A stretch of DNA of 64,000 bases from an uncultured Solibacteraceae bacterium (lineage in GTDB: Bacteria; Acidobacteriota; Terriglobia; Bryobacterales; Bryobacteraceae). The first letter of the stretch is position 1. Each line of letters opens with the position of its first letter. Under the pieces are notes generated by a model. That model was not told the origin of the DNA. It worked only from the letters and a program-made list of their open reading frames with translations, and searched no databases. The stretch is from NCBI GenBank assembly GCA_964644025.1, contig CAZXVW010000001.1, forward strand, positions 1,060 to 65,059, read 5' to 3'. Of the stretch, positions 39,792-48,709 are shown piece by piece. The position numbers and the translations under genes were made by a program.

Positions 39792-41255
39792 ATGTCATCT
39801 TCGTTTTCGTTCGGCGAAGTCCGTCTGGATGTGAATCCCGCCAGCCCGTCCTCACCGGCAAGGCCCGATCCGGAGACCCCGTTCCGGATTGCGGTGCTGG
39901 GGGACTTCAGCGGACGGGGCAGCCGGGGAATCGTGGAGTCCGGGCAAGCCATGGCCAGGCGCCGGCGATGGCTGATTGATCGCGACAACCTCGACGAGGT
40001 CATGGAACGGCTCGAGGTCGAACTGGATCTGCCGGTGGCGGGAAAGGTGCGGTTCCGGGAACTGGAGGATTTCCACCCTGACCGGCTTTATACGGAATTG
40101 GAGATGTTCCAGAAATTGAGAGAGGCGGAACAGGAAGCGGCGCGTGCGCCGGTTCCACCGCCCGCCCCCCGGCGGCCGCCGTCACCGCCGCCACCGGATT
40201 TGAGCCTGGACGGGCTGCTGGAGGCCGCCGTCGAGGCAACCGAGAGCGCGGCCAGCGAGCCCCGGCCGGCGCCCAAAGACAAGCTACATGCGTGGGTCGA
40301 GGAGACGGTGGCGCCGCACCTGGAACCGAAAGCCGACCCGCGGCGGGAGCAGATCCGGGCGCTGATCGACAAGACGGCAACGGCGCAGATGCGGGCCCTG
40401 ATGCACTATCCCACCTTCCAGGCGCTCGAGGCGGCATGGCGCGCAATGTTCTTCCTGGTACGGCGCGTGGAGACGGGCCCGAAGCTCAAGTTGTACCTGA
40501 TGGACGTGTCGAAGCAGGAGCTGGCCGCGGACCTGGGCGCGGCCGATGAGGCGCGGGAGACCGGCGTGTACCAACTGCTGGCCGGGGACTTGGAGGAGGC
40601 GCCCTGGGCGGTGATCGCCGGCCTGTACACGTTTGGGGCGGCCGGTGCGGACATGCCGCTGCTGGCGCGGCTGGCCGTGGTGGCGAAAGCGCTGGGCGCC
40701 CCGCTGCTGGCCGGAGCCGGGCCACGCCTGGCGGGCTGCAAATCGCTGGCCGCATCGCCGGATCCGGCTGAGTGGCGCGAGCCGGCTGACGCGGGCTGGG
40801 AAGCGTTCCGCGCGACGCCGGCGGCGGCTTCGGTGGGGCTGGCGCTTCCCCGGTTCCTGTTGCGGCTTCCTTACGGCAGGGAGACCGATCCGTGCGAGGC
40901 GTTCGCCTTCGAGGAGATGGGAGAGCAGCCGGAGCATGAAAGGTACCTGTGGGGTAATCCGGCGATTGCCTGCGCCTCCCTGCTGGCCGAATCGTTTGCG
41001 GCGAGCGAATGGGACTTCCGTCCCGGCCAACACCTTCGGATCGACGGGCTGCCGCTGCACGTGTACCGGCGCGACGGCGAATCCGTGGCTCAGCCTTGCG
41101 CCGAGACGCTGCTCGGCGAACGCGCCGCCGAACGCATTCTGGAGAATGGCCTGATGGCGCTGGCGTCTTACCGGGACCGTGATTCCATCCGCCTGGTGCG
41201 GTTCCAGTCGGCGGCGCGCCCGGCTGCTCCGTTGGCGGCCTGGTGGGCGCGGTAA
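39792..41255 (+). CDS. Fused TssB-TssC (T6SS contractile-sheath-like) protein lacking the C-terminal TssC domain
   Basis: AAGGAGAG SD. TssB-like: PFRIAVLGDFSGRG, LIDRDNLDEVMERLEVELDLPV, LEDFHPDRLYTELEMFQKL. Pro-rich linker PVPPPAPRRPPSPPPP. TssC-like: MHYPTFQALEAAWRAMFFLV, KLKLYLMDVSKQELAADL, LPRFLLRLPYG, YLWGNPA, IDGLPLHVY. The ORF ends about where canonical TssC still has roughly 140 aa to go. Confidence 0.75.
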   Translation: MSSSFSFGEVRLDVNPASPSSPARPDPETPFRIAVLGDFSGRGSRGIVESGQAMARRRRWLIDRDNLDEVMERLEVELDLPVAGKVRFRELEDFHPDRLYTELEMFQKLREAEQEAARAPVPPPAPRRPPSPPPPDLSLDGLLEAAVEATESAASEPRPAPKDKLHAWVEETVAPHLEPKADPRREQIRALIDKTATAQMRALMHYPTFQALEAAWRAMFFLVRRVETGPKLKLYLMDVSKQELAADLGAADEARETGVYQLLAGDLEEAPWAVIAGLYTFGAAGADMPLLARLAVVAKALGAPLLAGAGPRLAGCKSLAASPDPAEWREPADAGWEAFRATPAAASVGLALPRFLLRLPYGRETDPCEAFAFEEMGEQPEHERYLWGNPAIACASLLAESFAASEWDFRPGQHLRIDGLPLHVYRRDGESVAQPCAETLLGERAAERILENGLMALASYRDRDSIRLVRFQSAARPAAPLAAWWAR

Positions 41256-41362
41256 GCAGAGCTGACCGGCAACCGGCGTATCATTTAACCCGGCAGATCA
41301 ACCGGAAAGAGCCGAGGGGGCCCGCGGGCGCTTTTCCACTGGGGTGGTTGTTTCCGAGGGGC

Positions 41363-41980
41363 TCAGCTCTGTTCCCACTCCCGTTCCAGCATCTGAGCGT
41401 ATTCGCCGGAGGCGTACAGGGAGAAGTCGAACCGCCTCGGGTTGAGTTCCGTGTAGCGGTTCAGGTTGAGGCGCGCGGCAAAAAGGTGATCCGCGTAGCG
41501 ATAGTAGTTCCGGAGAAAATCGCTGGTAAGCTGCGTCTGCTCCGGCGGCTCGACAAAAACCGAACTGATGCCGATTGCCCGGGAGAAGATTCCCTGGTAG
41601 TCCGCCACTCCCCACTTGCGCAGTTTGTCCTTGACGGCTTTGGGCGGGTTGTAGACCAACAAATAGGCGAAGCTCTGGAAGCGGATTCCCTCTTCGGCCA
41701 GTTCGGCGTGGTGGGAGACGAAGTCCAGGCATTGTTCAATCCAGCGGACCAGGTCCTTGCCCACGTAGAACAACATGCGAAACTCGCAATAGCGGCCGGC
41801 GACCACCTTCCGTTCAAGTTCTTCCCCGGTGAGGTCGCCACCGGGCAGCAAGCCCTGCAGAATCAAGTTCGCCCGTGAGCTTTCTACCAGTTGGCCGGGG
41901 CCGTTGGCGTCGGAAAAGGGATGGAGAATCAGCGGGGGGAGGGTCCACACCCGGTTGCGATCTACTGCGCCAGTTGACAT
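41363..41980 (-). CDS. Hypothetical protein, no recognisable family
   Basis: 205-aa ORF with coding-like composition. Last gene of the minus-strand M14-DsbA string and convergent with the TssBC-like gene. Confidence 0.5.
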   Translation of the reverse strand: MSTGAVDRNRVWTLPPLILHPFSDANGPGQLVESSRANLILQGLLPGGDLTGEELERKVVAGRYCEFRMLFYVGKDLVRWIEQCLDFVSHHAELAEEGIRFQSFAYLLVYNPPKAVKDKLRKWGVADYQGIFSRAIGISSVFVEPPEQTQLTSDFLRNYYRYADHLFAARLNLNRYTELNPRRFDFSLYASGEYAQMLEREWEQS

Positions 41981-42140
41981 GTCCTCAGTTTCTCATCGTC
42001 AGAGCCTGCGGAAATTGTTAGTTTTCCGCCCCCCTGCTGCGGAAGGCTATTACCGAGCATATCACCGCGCTCACGGCGGGCTGTGACGGCCGCATCTGCG
42101 CCACCCCGTTTGCGGTGATTGGTGCGCCGCAAGGTCCGCC

Positions 42141-43082
42141 TTACTGGCTGGCCGCATCCGGCAACGGCGTGGGAAGCTTCACCGCGCAGCAGCCCGCGTC
42201 ACCGGCGTCCATCGCACTTTTCTGGTAGTCCAGCTCGAGCTCGATGATCTGTTTCAGGTTGGCCCACGGTAACTGGGAGGAAATCCGGCGGCCGTTGATG
42301 AATAGGGTCGGCGTGGCATTCAGGCCGAGCGCGCGGGCTTCGGCCAGCGATTCGTCGACCTCTTTCTCGGTAGCCCGGGTTTCCAGGCAGCGGCCCAGCC
42401 GCAACGTGTCCAGGCCCGGAACGCCTCGGGCAAATTCGAGGACCTTGTCATTCAGGTTTTCCAACGTAATTTCCCTCTGATGCGCGAACATCCAGTCGTG
42501 ATACGTCCAGAAGGCGTCCTCGGACTGCGCGTAGACGCACCGGCCCGCGATGGCGGCCTTTTTCGACCACGGGTGGATTGACTCCAGCGGGAGATCCTTG
42601 AAGTAGAGCCGGACCTGATCAGGGAAGGTCTTGAGGAGGTTCGTCCGGAGAATCTCGGACTCCTTGCGGCAAAAAGCGCATCCGAAATCAGTGAACAGGA
42701 CAAGCTTGACTGGCGCGCCTGGGGTGCCGAGGCTGGGGGCGGATTCGGTGTGGAGTTTGGCGATGTTTTTGAAGAACGGGTTCTTGTCCACGTCGTAAAC
42801 CACTGCCCGGACGATCTTTTGCCCGTCGCTGGAAATGTAGAAGGTGTCTTCCTGATAAGCCCTGCCGGCCGTGCCGCGGACACGGACTTCATAGAAGCCC
42901 TTCAGCTCGGAAGGTTTGGGATCTGAGATGCTCACCTTGATTTGAGGTCCCCACAGCAGCAGGTGGCGGACGTAGGCTTCCAGGGTCGGCTTGTCGAGCG
43001 CGGACTTACCTGTATTCTCCGCGGCACCTGGCCCCAGCAACAGTGCGAGCAAGAACAGCAGTCCAACCGGTAACGAGCGCAT
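42141..43082 (-). CDS. DsbA/thioredoxin-fold protein, secreted
   Basis: ATG 43082 gives MRSLPVGLLFLLALLLGPGAA signal peptide. LVLFTDFGCAFCRKE (CxxC). Confidence 0.8.
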   Translation of the reverse strand: MRSLPVGLLFLLALLLGPGAAENTGKSALDKPTLEAYVRHLLLWGPQIKVSISDPKPSELKGFYEVRVRGTAGRAYQEDTFYISSDGQKIVRAVVYDVDKNPFFKNIAKLHTESAPSLGTPGAPVKLVLFTDFGCAFCRKESEILRTNLLKTFPDQVRLYFKDLPLESIHPWSKKAAIAGRCVYAQSEDAFWTYHDWMFAHQREITLENLNDKVLEFARGVPGLDTLRLGRCLETRATEKEVDESLAEARALGLNATPTLFINGRRISSQLPWANLKQIIELELDYQKSAMDAGDAGCCAVKLPTPLPDAASQ

Positions 43083-43174
43083 TAATCCTATTTTAGCGTA
43101 GGCGGAGCCGCCGCCTTCACCCGTGGCGCCGGTGGGCGGGGAGCGGGAGCGCCGCCCGGGAAAGGGAAAGCGAA

Positions 43175-46108
43175 TCACGGTGACCGCCGTTCATCGGATT
43201 TCTTTTCCTTGCCGGGTTCTTTTCGGCCCACGCCGAGATGATTGTAGTTCAGCACAGCGTTGAAGATCAGAAAATAACTGCCCTGCGTTTGGCTCCGCCA
43301 GATCGGGTTGTTGGCGAACAGGACGACGTGCCCTTTTCCGCAGGGGACGTCGACCACCGCCGGGCGGTGCGCCAACTCCCGGCCGCCGGCCAGCAGTCCG
43401 GAAACCAGAAGGTCCTTCTCACCAGCAAACCGCAACACGATGCGCGGCTGCTCTTCCGGCGAGGGAATGAAGGCGCGGTAGCGCCGCCGCTGCTCCGGCG
43501 TCAGTGGCAACTCTTCGCCGGGCCGGACCTTGGGTTTGGCTTCCGGCTCAACGTAGGGGCGACCCTGGGGGATGTCCGGGTCAGTCTTCGACCCGCGGCC
43601 GGACGGACGCGCCGGAGGCGTGAGCGGGGCGCGCTGCGCAACGCCGCCCGTCTTGCTGACGCGGAACACGGGCGACTGGTTGAAGTAGACGGCCAGCCTG
43701 GGCCCGTAGCCGTACGCAATGGGGGAACCGGTGTCATCGAAGACGGCGGCGAGGACGCTGCCGCGCGCTTTGAGCTGGCGCGTCTGCTGGATTTCAACTC
43801 CGTCGATCAGGCCATAGTCAATCGGGATCGCCGCGTTGCCAGCGATGGTGATGAACAGGCCTCCGTCGCGAACGAATTTCTGGAGGTGCAGCAGCCCTTG
43901 AAGTCCCATGCCGCCGCGTATGTCATCGCTCTGGTCGGGAGAGGTTCCGATATTCGGAGTCAACTTCGAAGCCTTCCACGGGATGGGACCGCCACGCCGG
44001 GGAATGCCGTTCACCAGGCGCTGGGCCGACCCGCGAGCCGGCCCGTAGAGGATCACATCATATTTGTCACGCAGGTTGGGCGTGTCGCGAATGACGTGGT
44101 CGGAGATGTAGGCATAAGGGATCTGCAGGCGGTCGAAGGCGATGCGCACCCAGCCCTCCCGCTGCGTGGAGGTCCAATTATGGACAAGAGCGATGCGGGG
44201 CGCGGCCAGTTCGTGCTTCGGCACGCCGGGCATCTGATCCACCGCCTGGACGGAGATTCCCAGCTCCCGCGCGGCCTCACGCAGCCGCGAGTACAGACCG
44301 GCCGGATTGCCCTCGGCAGGGATGAGGAAGGAGCCGGCATGGTACTTCTTTCCGGCGACTGCGAATGGTTTTTCGGCGGCGTACATGCGCACATCCTTGA
44401 GCCGGAAGCGGAATGTCGCCAGGGTGTTGTCGGTGTTGTGATTGATGAGGAAAGCGGCCGCCGCGTCCGGGCCGCTCACGCCGCCCGTCACCGCCGCGGG
44501 GCGTGTGATTTTCCGCATCGGGGCGTCCAGGATGGCGAGATCGGTGACGCGGACGGTCTTGACGTTGTGCAGCGGGCCCAGGGACCAGCCCGTATCGTCA
44601 TAGGGGCGGGTATCGTTCGGGTTGTAATACTGCCGGTCGAGCAGCATGTCGGCCAGCCGGCTGTAAGGCTGGTCCATGCGGATGACGTAGCTGCGGGCGG
44701 GGAACTTTTCCGGCTTGTCGATGGCCTCTGTGAGCCGGTGCACTTCCACGCCGTGGAGCTGGAGCAGGTTCACCAGGCGGGCACAGGCCACCGGCCGGGG
44801 GTCGTCGGCGGGAATCACCCAGGCCGCCGGACCTTCATTGCGGGCTTTCGCCACCGAGCGCTTGCTCTTCAGGTAAAAGTTCTCGAGGAACTCCTTCTTG
44901 TTCCGCGCCACGTAGCTCATGCCCAGCAGCAGGGCGCTCTGCTGCAGGTTGATGTTGTTGCGCAGCGACCATTTGACCTTCGGCAGCGGCGGATTCGGCC
45001 GGTACCAGGCGCGCCGGGTGGATCTCTCTGGCACGGTGCGTTCCATGGTCCGGGGAACGCGGTTACCGAAGGTTTCATAGAAGCGGCCGATGGCGTTGTG
45101 CCCCTGCGCGGCGAATACCATGTAGTTGGCGCCCCAGCCGTCATAGAATCCGTGAGTCCAGACGCCGGGTACGCCGCGCTTGGTCATCCCCTCCACCTCA
45201 TAGTAGGCCAGCTCGTGCCATTCGTTGATGACGATGGGATCGAGCCAGGCGTTATACGGCCCCATGCCGGTGGAGATGTAAAGGAAAGGAATCGACTCGT
45301 GCAGGTCGTGCAGTACCTGCGGGTGCCATTCCAGGAATGTCTTCGTCGCCATCCGGCTCAGCGCCAGCGCCAGGCCGATGCCGTCGCGGTTATTGTCGTG
45401 GGCGACGTACTTGCCCCAGTAGACGAGCGGGGGCGGGGTCTTGTCGGGGTTGGCCTTCTCGTAATTCCAGAGATCCACCTGGCGATCGCGTCCGTCCACC
45501 TCCCGGACCGGGGTAATCATGACGATGGAGTTCTTCCGGATGGTCTGCACCAGGGGCGTGTCTTCGACCGCCAGCCGGTAGGCCAGCTCCATCAGCATCT
45601 CGGGCGAACCGGTCTCAGGCGAGTGAATCGAGCCAGACACCCAGTACATGGGAAGGCCCTCGGCCTGGAGGCGCGCCGCCTGTTCCTCGGACAGGCCCCG
45701 CGGGTCGGCCAGCCGGGCCGTGATCTGCTTGAAACGGGCCAGGCGGGCCATGTTGGCTTCATCCGAGATGACCACCAGCAAGGTTTCGCGGCCTTCTTCC
45801 GAGCGCCCGGTGGTGTAAACGTTCACGCGCGGCGAGGCTTTCGCCAGCGCCCGCATATAGCGGTGAATGTCCTTGGTGTAGGTGAGCCGGTCCGGGGCGC
45901 CGATGACGTAGCCGAGCACCTTCTCCGGAGTCGGCACGGTGGCCGAGGCCGGCAGGTGGTCCACCAGCTCGGTGAGAAAGCAGGGCTCGGTGGTGTATTC
46001 CCGGATCTTCGCTGTGTAGGCGGTGTCGACTTGCTGCTGGCCGGGAGCCGGGGGAGCGGCCAGCAGGAAAGCCGCCAGGAGGTTGCAGAAAAGTGTGAGT
46101 GATTTCAT
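43175..46108 (-). CDS. Large secreted M14-family (zinc carboxypeptidase-like) protein
   Basis: ATG 46108 gives MKSLTLFCNLLAAFLLAAPPAPG signal peptide. GSIHSPETGSPEMLMELAYRL (HxxE Zn motif context). Long C-terminal extension. Confidence 0.7.
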   Translation of the reverse strand: MKSLTLFCNLLAAFLLAAPPAPGQQQVDTAYTAKIREYTTEPCFLTELVDHLPASATVPTPEKVLGYVIGAPDRLTYTKDIHRYMRALAKASPRVNVYTTGRSEEGRETLLVVISDEANMARLARFKQITARLADPRGLSEEQAARLQAEGLPMYWVSGSIHSPETGSPEMLMELAYRLAVEDTPLVQTIRKNSIVMITPVREVDGRDRQVDLWNYEKANPDKTPPPLVYWGKYVAHDNNRDGIGLALALSRMATKTFLEWHPQVLHDLHESIPFLYISTGMGPYNAWLDPIVINEWHELAYYEVEGMTKRGVPGVWTHGFYDGWGANYMVFAAQGHNAIGRFYETFGNRVPRTMERTVPERSTRRAWYRPNPPLPKVKWSLRNNINLQQSALLLGMSYVARNKKEFLENFYLKSKRSVAKARNEGPAAWVIPADDPRPVACARLVNLLQLHGVEVHRLTEAIDKPEKFPARSYVIRMDQPYSRLADMLLDRQYYNPNDTRPYDDTGWSLGPLHNVKTVRVTDLAILDAPMRKITRPAAVTGGVSGPDAAAAFLINHNTDNTLATFRFRLKDVRMYAAEKPFAVAGKKYHAGSFLIPAEGNPAGLYSRLREAARELGISVQAVDQMPGVPKHELAAPRIALVHNWTSTQREGWVRIAFDRLQIPYAYISDHVIRDTPNLRDKYDVILYGPARGSAQRLVNGIPRRGGPIPWKASKLTPNIGTSPDQSDDIRGGMGLQGLLHLQKFVRDGGLFITIAGNAAIPIDYGLIDGVEIQQTRQLKARGSVLAAVFDDTGSPIAYGYGPRLAVYFNQSPVFRVSKTGGVAQRAPLTPPARPSGRGSKTDPDIPQGRPYVEPEAKPKVRPGEELPLTPEQRRRYRAFIPSPEEQPRIVLRFAGEKDLLVSGLLAGGRELAHRPAVVDVPCGKGHVVLFANNPIWRSQTQGSYFLIFNAVLNYNHLGVGRKEPGKEKKSDERRSP

Positions 46109-46142
46109 GGCCGTAACTTCGCTATCATAAGCCATTCGCGCC

Positions 46143-47369
46143 ATGACCACGATCAGCCACCTGGAATGCGCGGCCTGCGGAAAACAGTTTGACGCGGGCC
46201 CTTCGCCCGGGGTGTGTAAATGCGGCGCGCCGCTGCTGGTCCGTTACGACCTGGAACGGGCGCGGCAGAGCTGGAACCGCGCCTGGATTCCCAACGGGCC
46301 TTCCACGATGTGGCGTTACCAGCCGGTGCTGCCGGTGCGCAAATCGGAATCCATCATATCGCTTGGTGAAGGGTTCACGCCTCTGGTCCGGGTGCGCAGG
46401 CTCCACCGCCGGTTGGGGTGCGAGAACCTGTGGATTAAGGATGAAGGCGTCAACCCGACCGGTTCGTTCAAGGCGCGGGGCCTCGGCTGCGCGGTCTCGA
46501 TGGCGGTGGACCTCGGGGTAAAGAGGCTGGCGATATCCTCGACCGGAAACGCGGCCGCGGCGGCGGCGGCGTACGCGGCGGCCGCCGGATGCGAAGCGCA
46601 CGTTTTCCTGCCGTGCGACGTCGCGGAAGCGCACTACCTGGAGTGCCGGGCCTTCGGCGCCCGGGTCACGCTGGTCGAGGGTTCGGTGACCGACTGCGAC
46701 CAGGTGGTTGCAGCACGAAAGGACGCCGAGGGATGGTACGATCTGAGCACATTCCAGGAGCCGTACCGCATCGAGGGGAAAAAGACGCTGGGTTACGAAC
46801 TGGCCGAGCAATTTCACTGGGATCCGCCCGACGCGATTCTCTGGCCCACCGGCGGAGGCGTGGGTCTGATCGGGATTTGGAAGGCCTTCGGCGAGCTGGA
46901 GGCGATGGGTTGGATCACGGCGAAACGGCCGAAGATGATCGCGGTCCAGGCGGCCGGCTGCCAGCCGATCGTCCGCGCCTTCGAGCAAGGCGAACAGCGG
47001 AGCGTGCGGTGGGAGAACGCGCATACGGTGGCCGCCGGGTTGCGGGTGCCGCGCTCACGCGGCGACTTTCTGATTCTGGAGGCTCTGCGCGCCAGTGGCG
47101 GCACGGCCATCGCGGTAGAGGATGAAGAACTGCTCGATGCCGCGGCCACCCTCGCGGGCGAGGAAGGCATCTTCGCCGCGCCGGAGGGGGCGGCGTGCGT
47201 GGCGGCACTGGGCAAGCTGATCAACAAGGGGTTTCTCCGGCCCGAGGAAAGGGTGGTGATCTGCAACACCGGCTCGGGACTGAAATACCCGGGAGCTTAC
47301 GCTACCCGCTTCCCAAAGGTGGGCGGCGGAGAGCAGGACAAGCTAGGCGGCCTGATCACGCCCCGTTGA
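46143..47369 (+). CDS. thrC: Threonine synthase-like PLP enzyme with N-terminal zinc ribbon
   Basis: CAACGKQF...CKCGAPL Cys4 ribbon. NPTGSFKARG (PLP lysine). GNAAAAAAAYAA. CNTGSGLKY. Confidence 0.75.
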   Translation: MTTISHLECAACGKQFDAGPSPGVCKCGAPLLVRYDLERARQSWNRAWIPNGPSTMWRYQPVLPVRKSESIISLGEGFTPLVRVRRLHRRLGCENLWIKDEGVNPTGSFKARGLGCAVSMAVDLGVKRLAISSTGNAAAAAAAYAAAAGCEAHVFLPCDVAEAHYLECRAFGARVTLVEGSVTDCDQVVAARKDAEGWYDLSTFQEPYRIEGKKTLGYELAEQFHWDPPDAILWPTGGGVGLIGIWKAFGELEAMGWITAKRPKMIAVQAAGCQPIVRAFEQGEQRSVRWENAHTVAAGLRVPRSRGDFLILEALRASGGTAIAVEDEELLDAAATLAGEEGIFAAPEGAACVAALGKLINKGFLRPEERVVICNTGSGLKYPGAYATRFPKVGGGEQDKLGGLITPR

Positions 47370-47454
47370 GAACACCGGCCTCGCCGGTTCGGTTGTGGCG
47401 GCCGGCCCTCGCACCCAATGTTGCCTGGCAAGCCGCGGTATTGGAAACTGATGA

Positions 47455-48684
47455 ATGCGGATGGGCGCTGAATTCAGTTCGTGGGAGGCAGAGCCGCACT
47501 CCCTGGTGGTTTATTACACCAACGCCGTAATGGAAGAGATCCGGCGGGCGGCGATGGAGGGATTGCGAAAGGTTCCGCGGCGCGGGCTCGAGGTGGGAGG
47601 CGTGCTTTTCGGTACGCACGAGGGGAACGAGATCCGAATCACGCGGTGGCGGACGATCGAGTGCGAACACGCCGAAGGCCCCGGTTTTGCGCTTTCCGCC
47701 AGTGATGAAGAGGGGCTTCGCCAGTTGCTCGATGAGGCGGAGAAGGATCCGGAATTGGGCAAACTGACGCCGCTGGGCTGGTTTCGGACGCGCACGCGGG
47801 GAGGAGTATGCCTCTCGGAGGACGACGTCAAGCTGCACGACCGGTTTTTTCCCGAGCCGTGGCAAGTGATCCTGGTGCTGCGGCCTTATCTGTACGACCC
47901 GGCGCAGGCGGGATTTTTTCTCCGGGAGGCGGACGGCTCCATCGGGATGGAGTCGAGCTCCCGGGAGTTCTTGCTCGAAAACAAGCAGCGCCGGCTACCG
48001 CTGGGATTCGATCCCTCTCAGGCGGTCCAAAGACCCGCTGAGGGAGAGGGGGCTCCGCACCCGGTTCCACGCTTGCCGCTGGCGCCGGGGCGGGAAGCTT
48101 ACACTCCCCCGGGCACGATTGCGGCTGCCGGAGAGAGGCCAGTGAAGCCGTCACGGTGGTGGAGGGCCGGCTCGGTGGTGGCGGTGGCTGCTGCCGCGGC
48201 CCTGACGTTGTACCTGGCGGTGCCGGTCCTGGAAACGGGCGGCCGGACAAGCGCCCTGGACCTGGAGGTGCGGAACGTGGGGGACCAGTTGTTGTTGGAG
48301 TGGAATCCGCGCGCTCCGGCGGTGGCGAACGCCGTGGCCGCCTCGCTGGCGATCGTGGACGGGGACACGCAACGCCGGGTCCAGCTTACCCCGGAAGAGC
48401 TTCGGAGCGGCAGCCTGACCTACCAGCGCCAGGGTGGAGATGTCCAGTTCCGCTTGCGCCTGGAGTTTCCCGAGGGGGAGCCGTTGACTGAGCTCACGCG
48501 GTTCCTCGGCGCGGCGCCGGCGGCAAACGCCGAGCTTCCGGAAAGCGGCGAGGAAGCCTCGCCGGAGCTTGCCGCGATAATCGATCAGCTTCAGAAGGAG
48601 CTTGCGGCCGAAGCCCGGCGCGCGGACGAATTACGCCGCCAAATCCAGGCGGAGCGGCAGCGGCTGGGTGTTGCCGGCCAGTGA
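47455..48684 (+). CDS. Membrane-anchored pseudo-JAMM/MPN-domain protein with coiled-coil tail
   Basis: RGLEVGGVLFG (conserved Glu). GWFRTRTRGGVCLSEDD aligns to the JAMM H-x-H-x7-S-x2-D motif with both His replaced by Arg (R111, R113; S121 and D124 kept). TM WWRAGSVVAVAAAAALTLYLAVPVL. C-terminal LQKELAAEARRADELRRQIQAERQRL. Confidence 0.6.
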   Translation: MRMGAEFSSWEAEPHSLVVYYTNAVMEEIRRAAMEGLRKVPRRGLEVGGVLFGTHEGNEIRITRWRTIECEHAEGPGFALSASDEEGLRQLLDEAEKDPELGKLTPLGWFRTRTRGGVCLSEDDVKLHDRFFPEPWQVILVLRPYLYDPAQAGFFLREADGSIGMESSSREFLLENKQRRLPLGFDPSQAVQRPAEGEGAPHPVPRLPLAPGREAYTPPGTIAAAGERPVKPSRWWRAGSVVAVAAAAALTLYLAVPVLETGGRTSALDLEVRNVGDQLLLEWNPRAPAVANAVAASLAIVDGDTQRRVQLTPEELRSGSLTYQRQGGDVQFRLRLEFPEGEPLTELTRFLGAAPAANAELPESGEEASPELAAIIDQLQKELAAEARRADELRRQIQAERQRLGVAGQ

Positions 48685-48709
48685 ACAGACGGGCCGGAAC
48701 GCCGCGGCG

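Noticed and set aside
38868-46150. Possibility that the TssBC-like gene marks a bona fide T6SS or other contractile injection locus
   Set aside because: No Hcp, VgrG, TssE/F/G/K/L/M, ClpV, baseplate or tube-like ORF is recognisable here or elsewhere in the window. It is treated as an orphan sheath-derived gene instead.
47370-47454. Looked for a ThiS/MoaD-like small carrier ORF between the thrC-like and MPN-like genes
   Set aside because: The spacer is only 85 nt and has no ORF. No diglycine-ended small ORF lies nearby.
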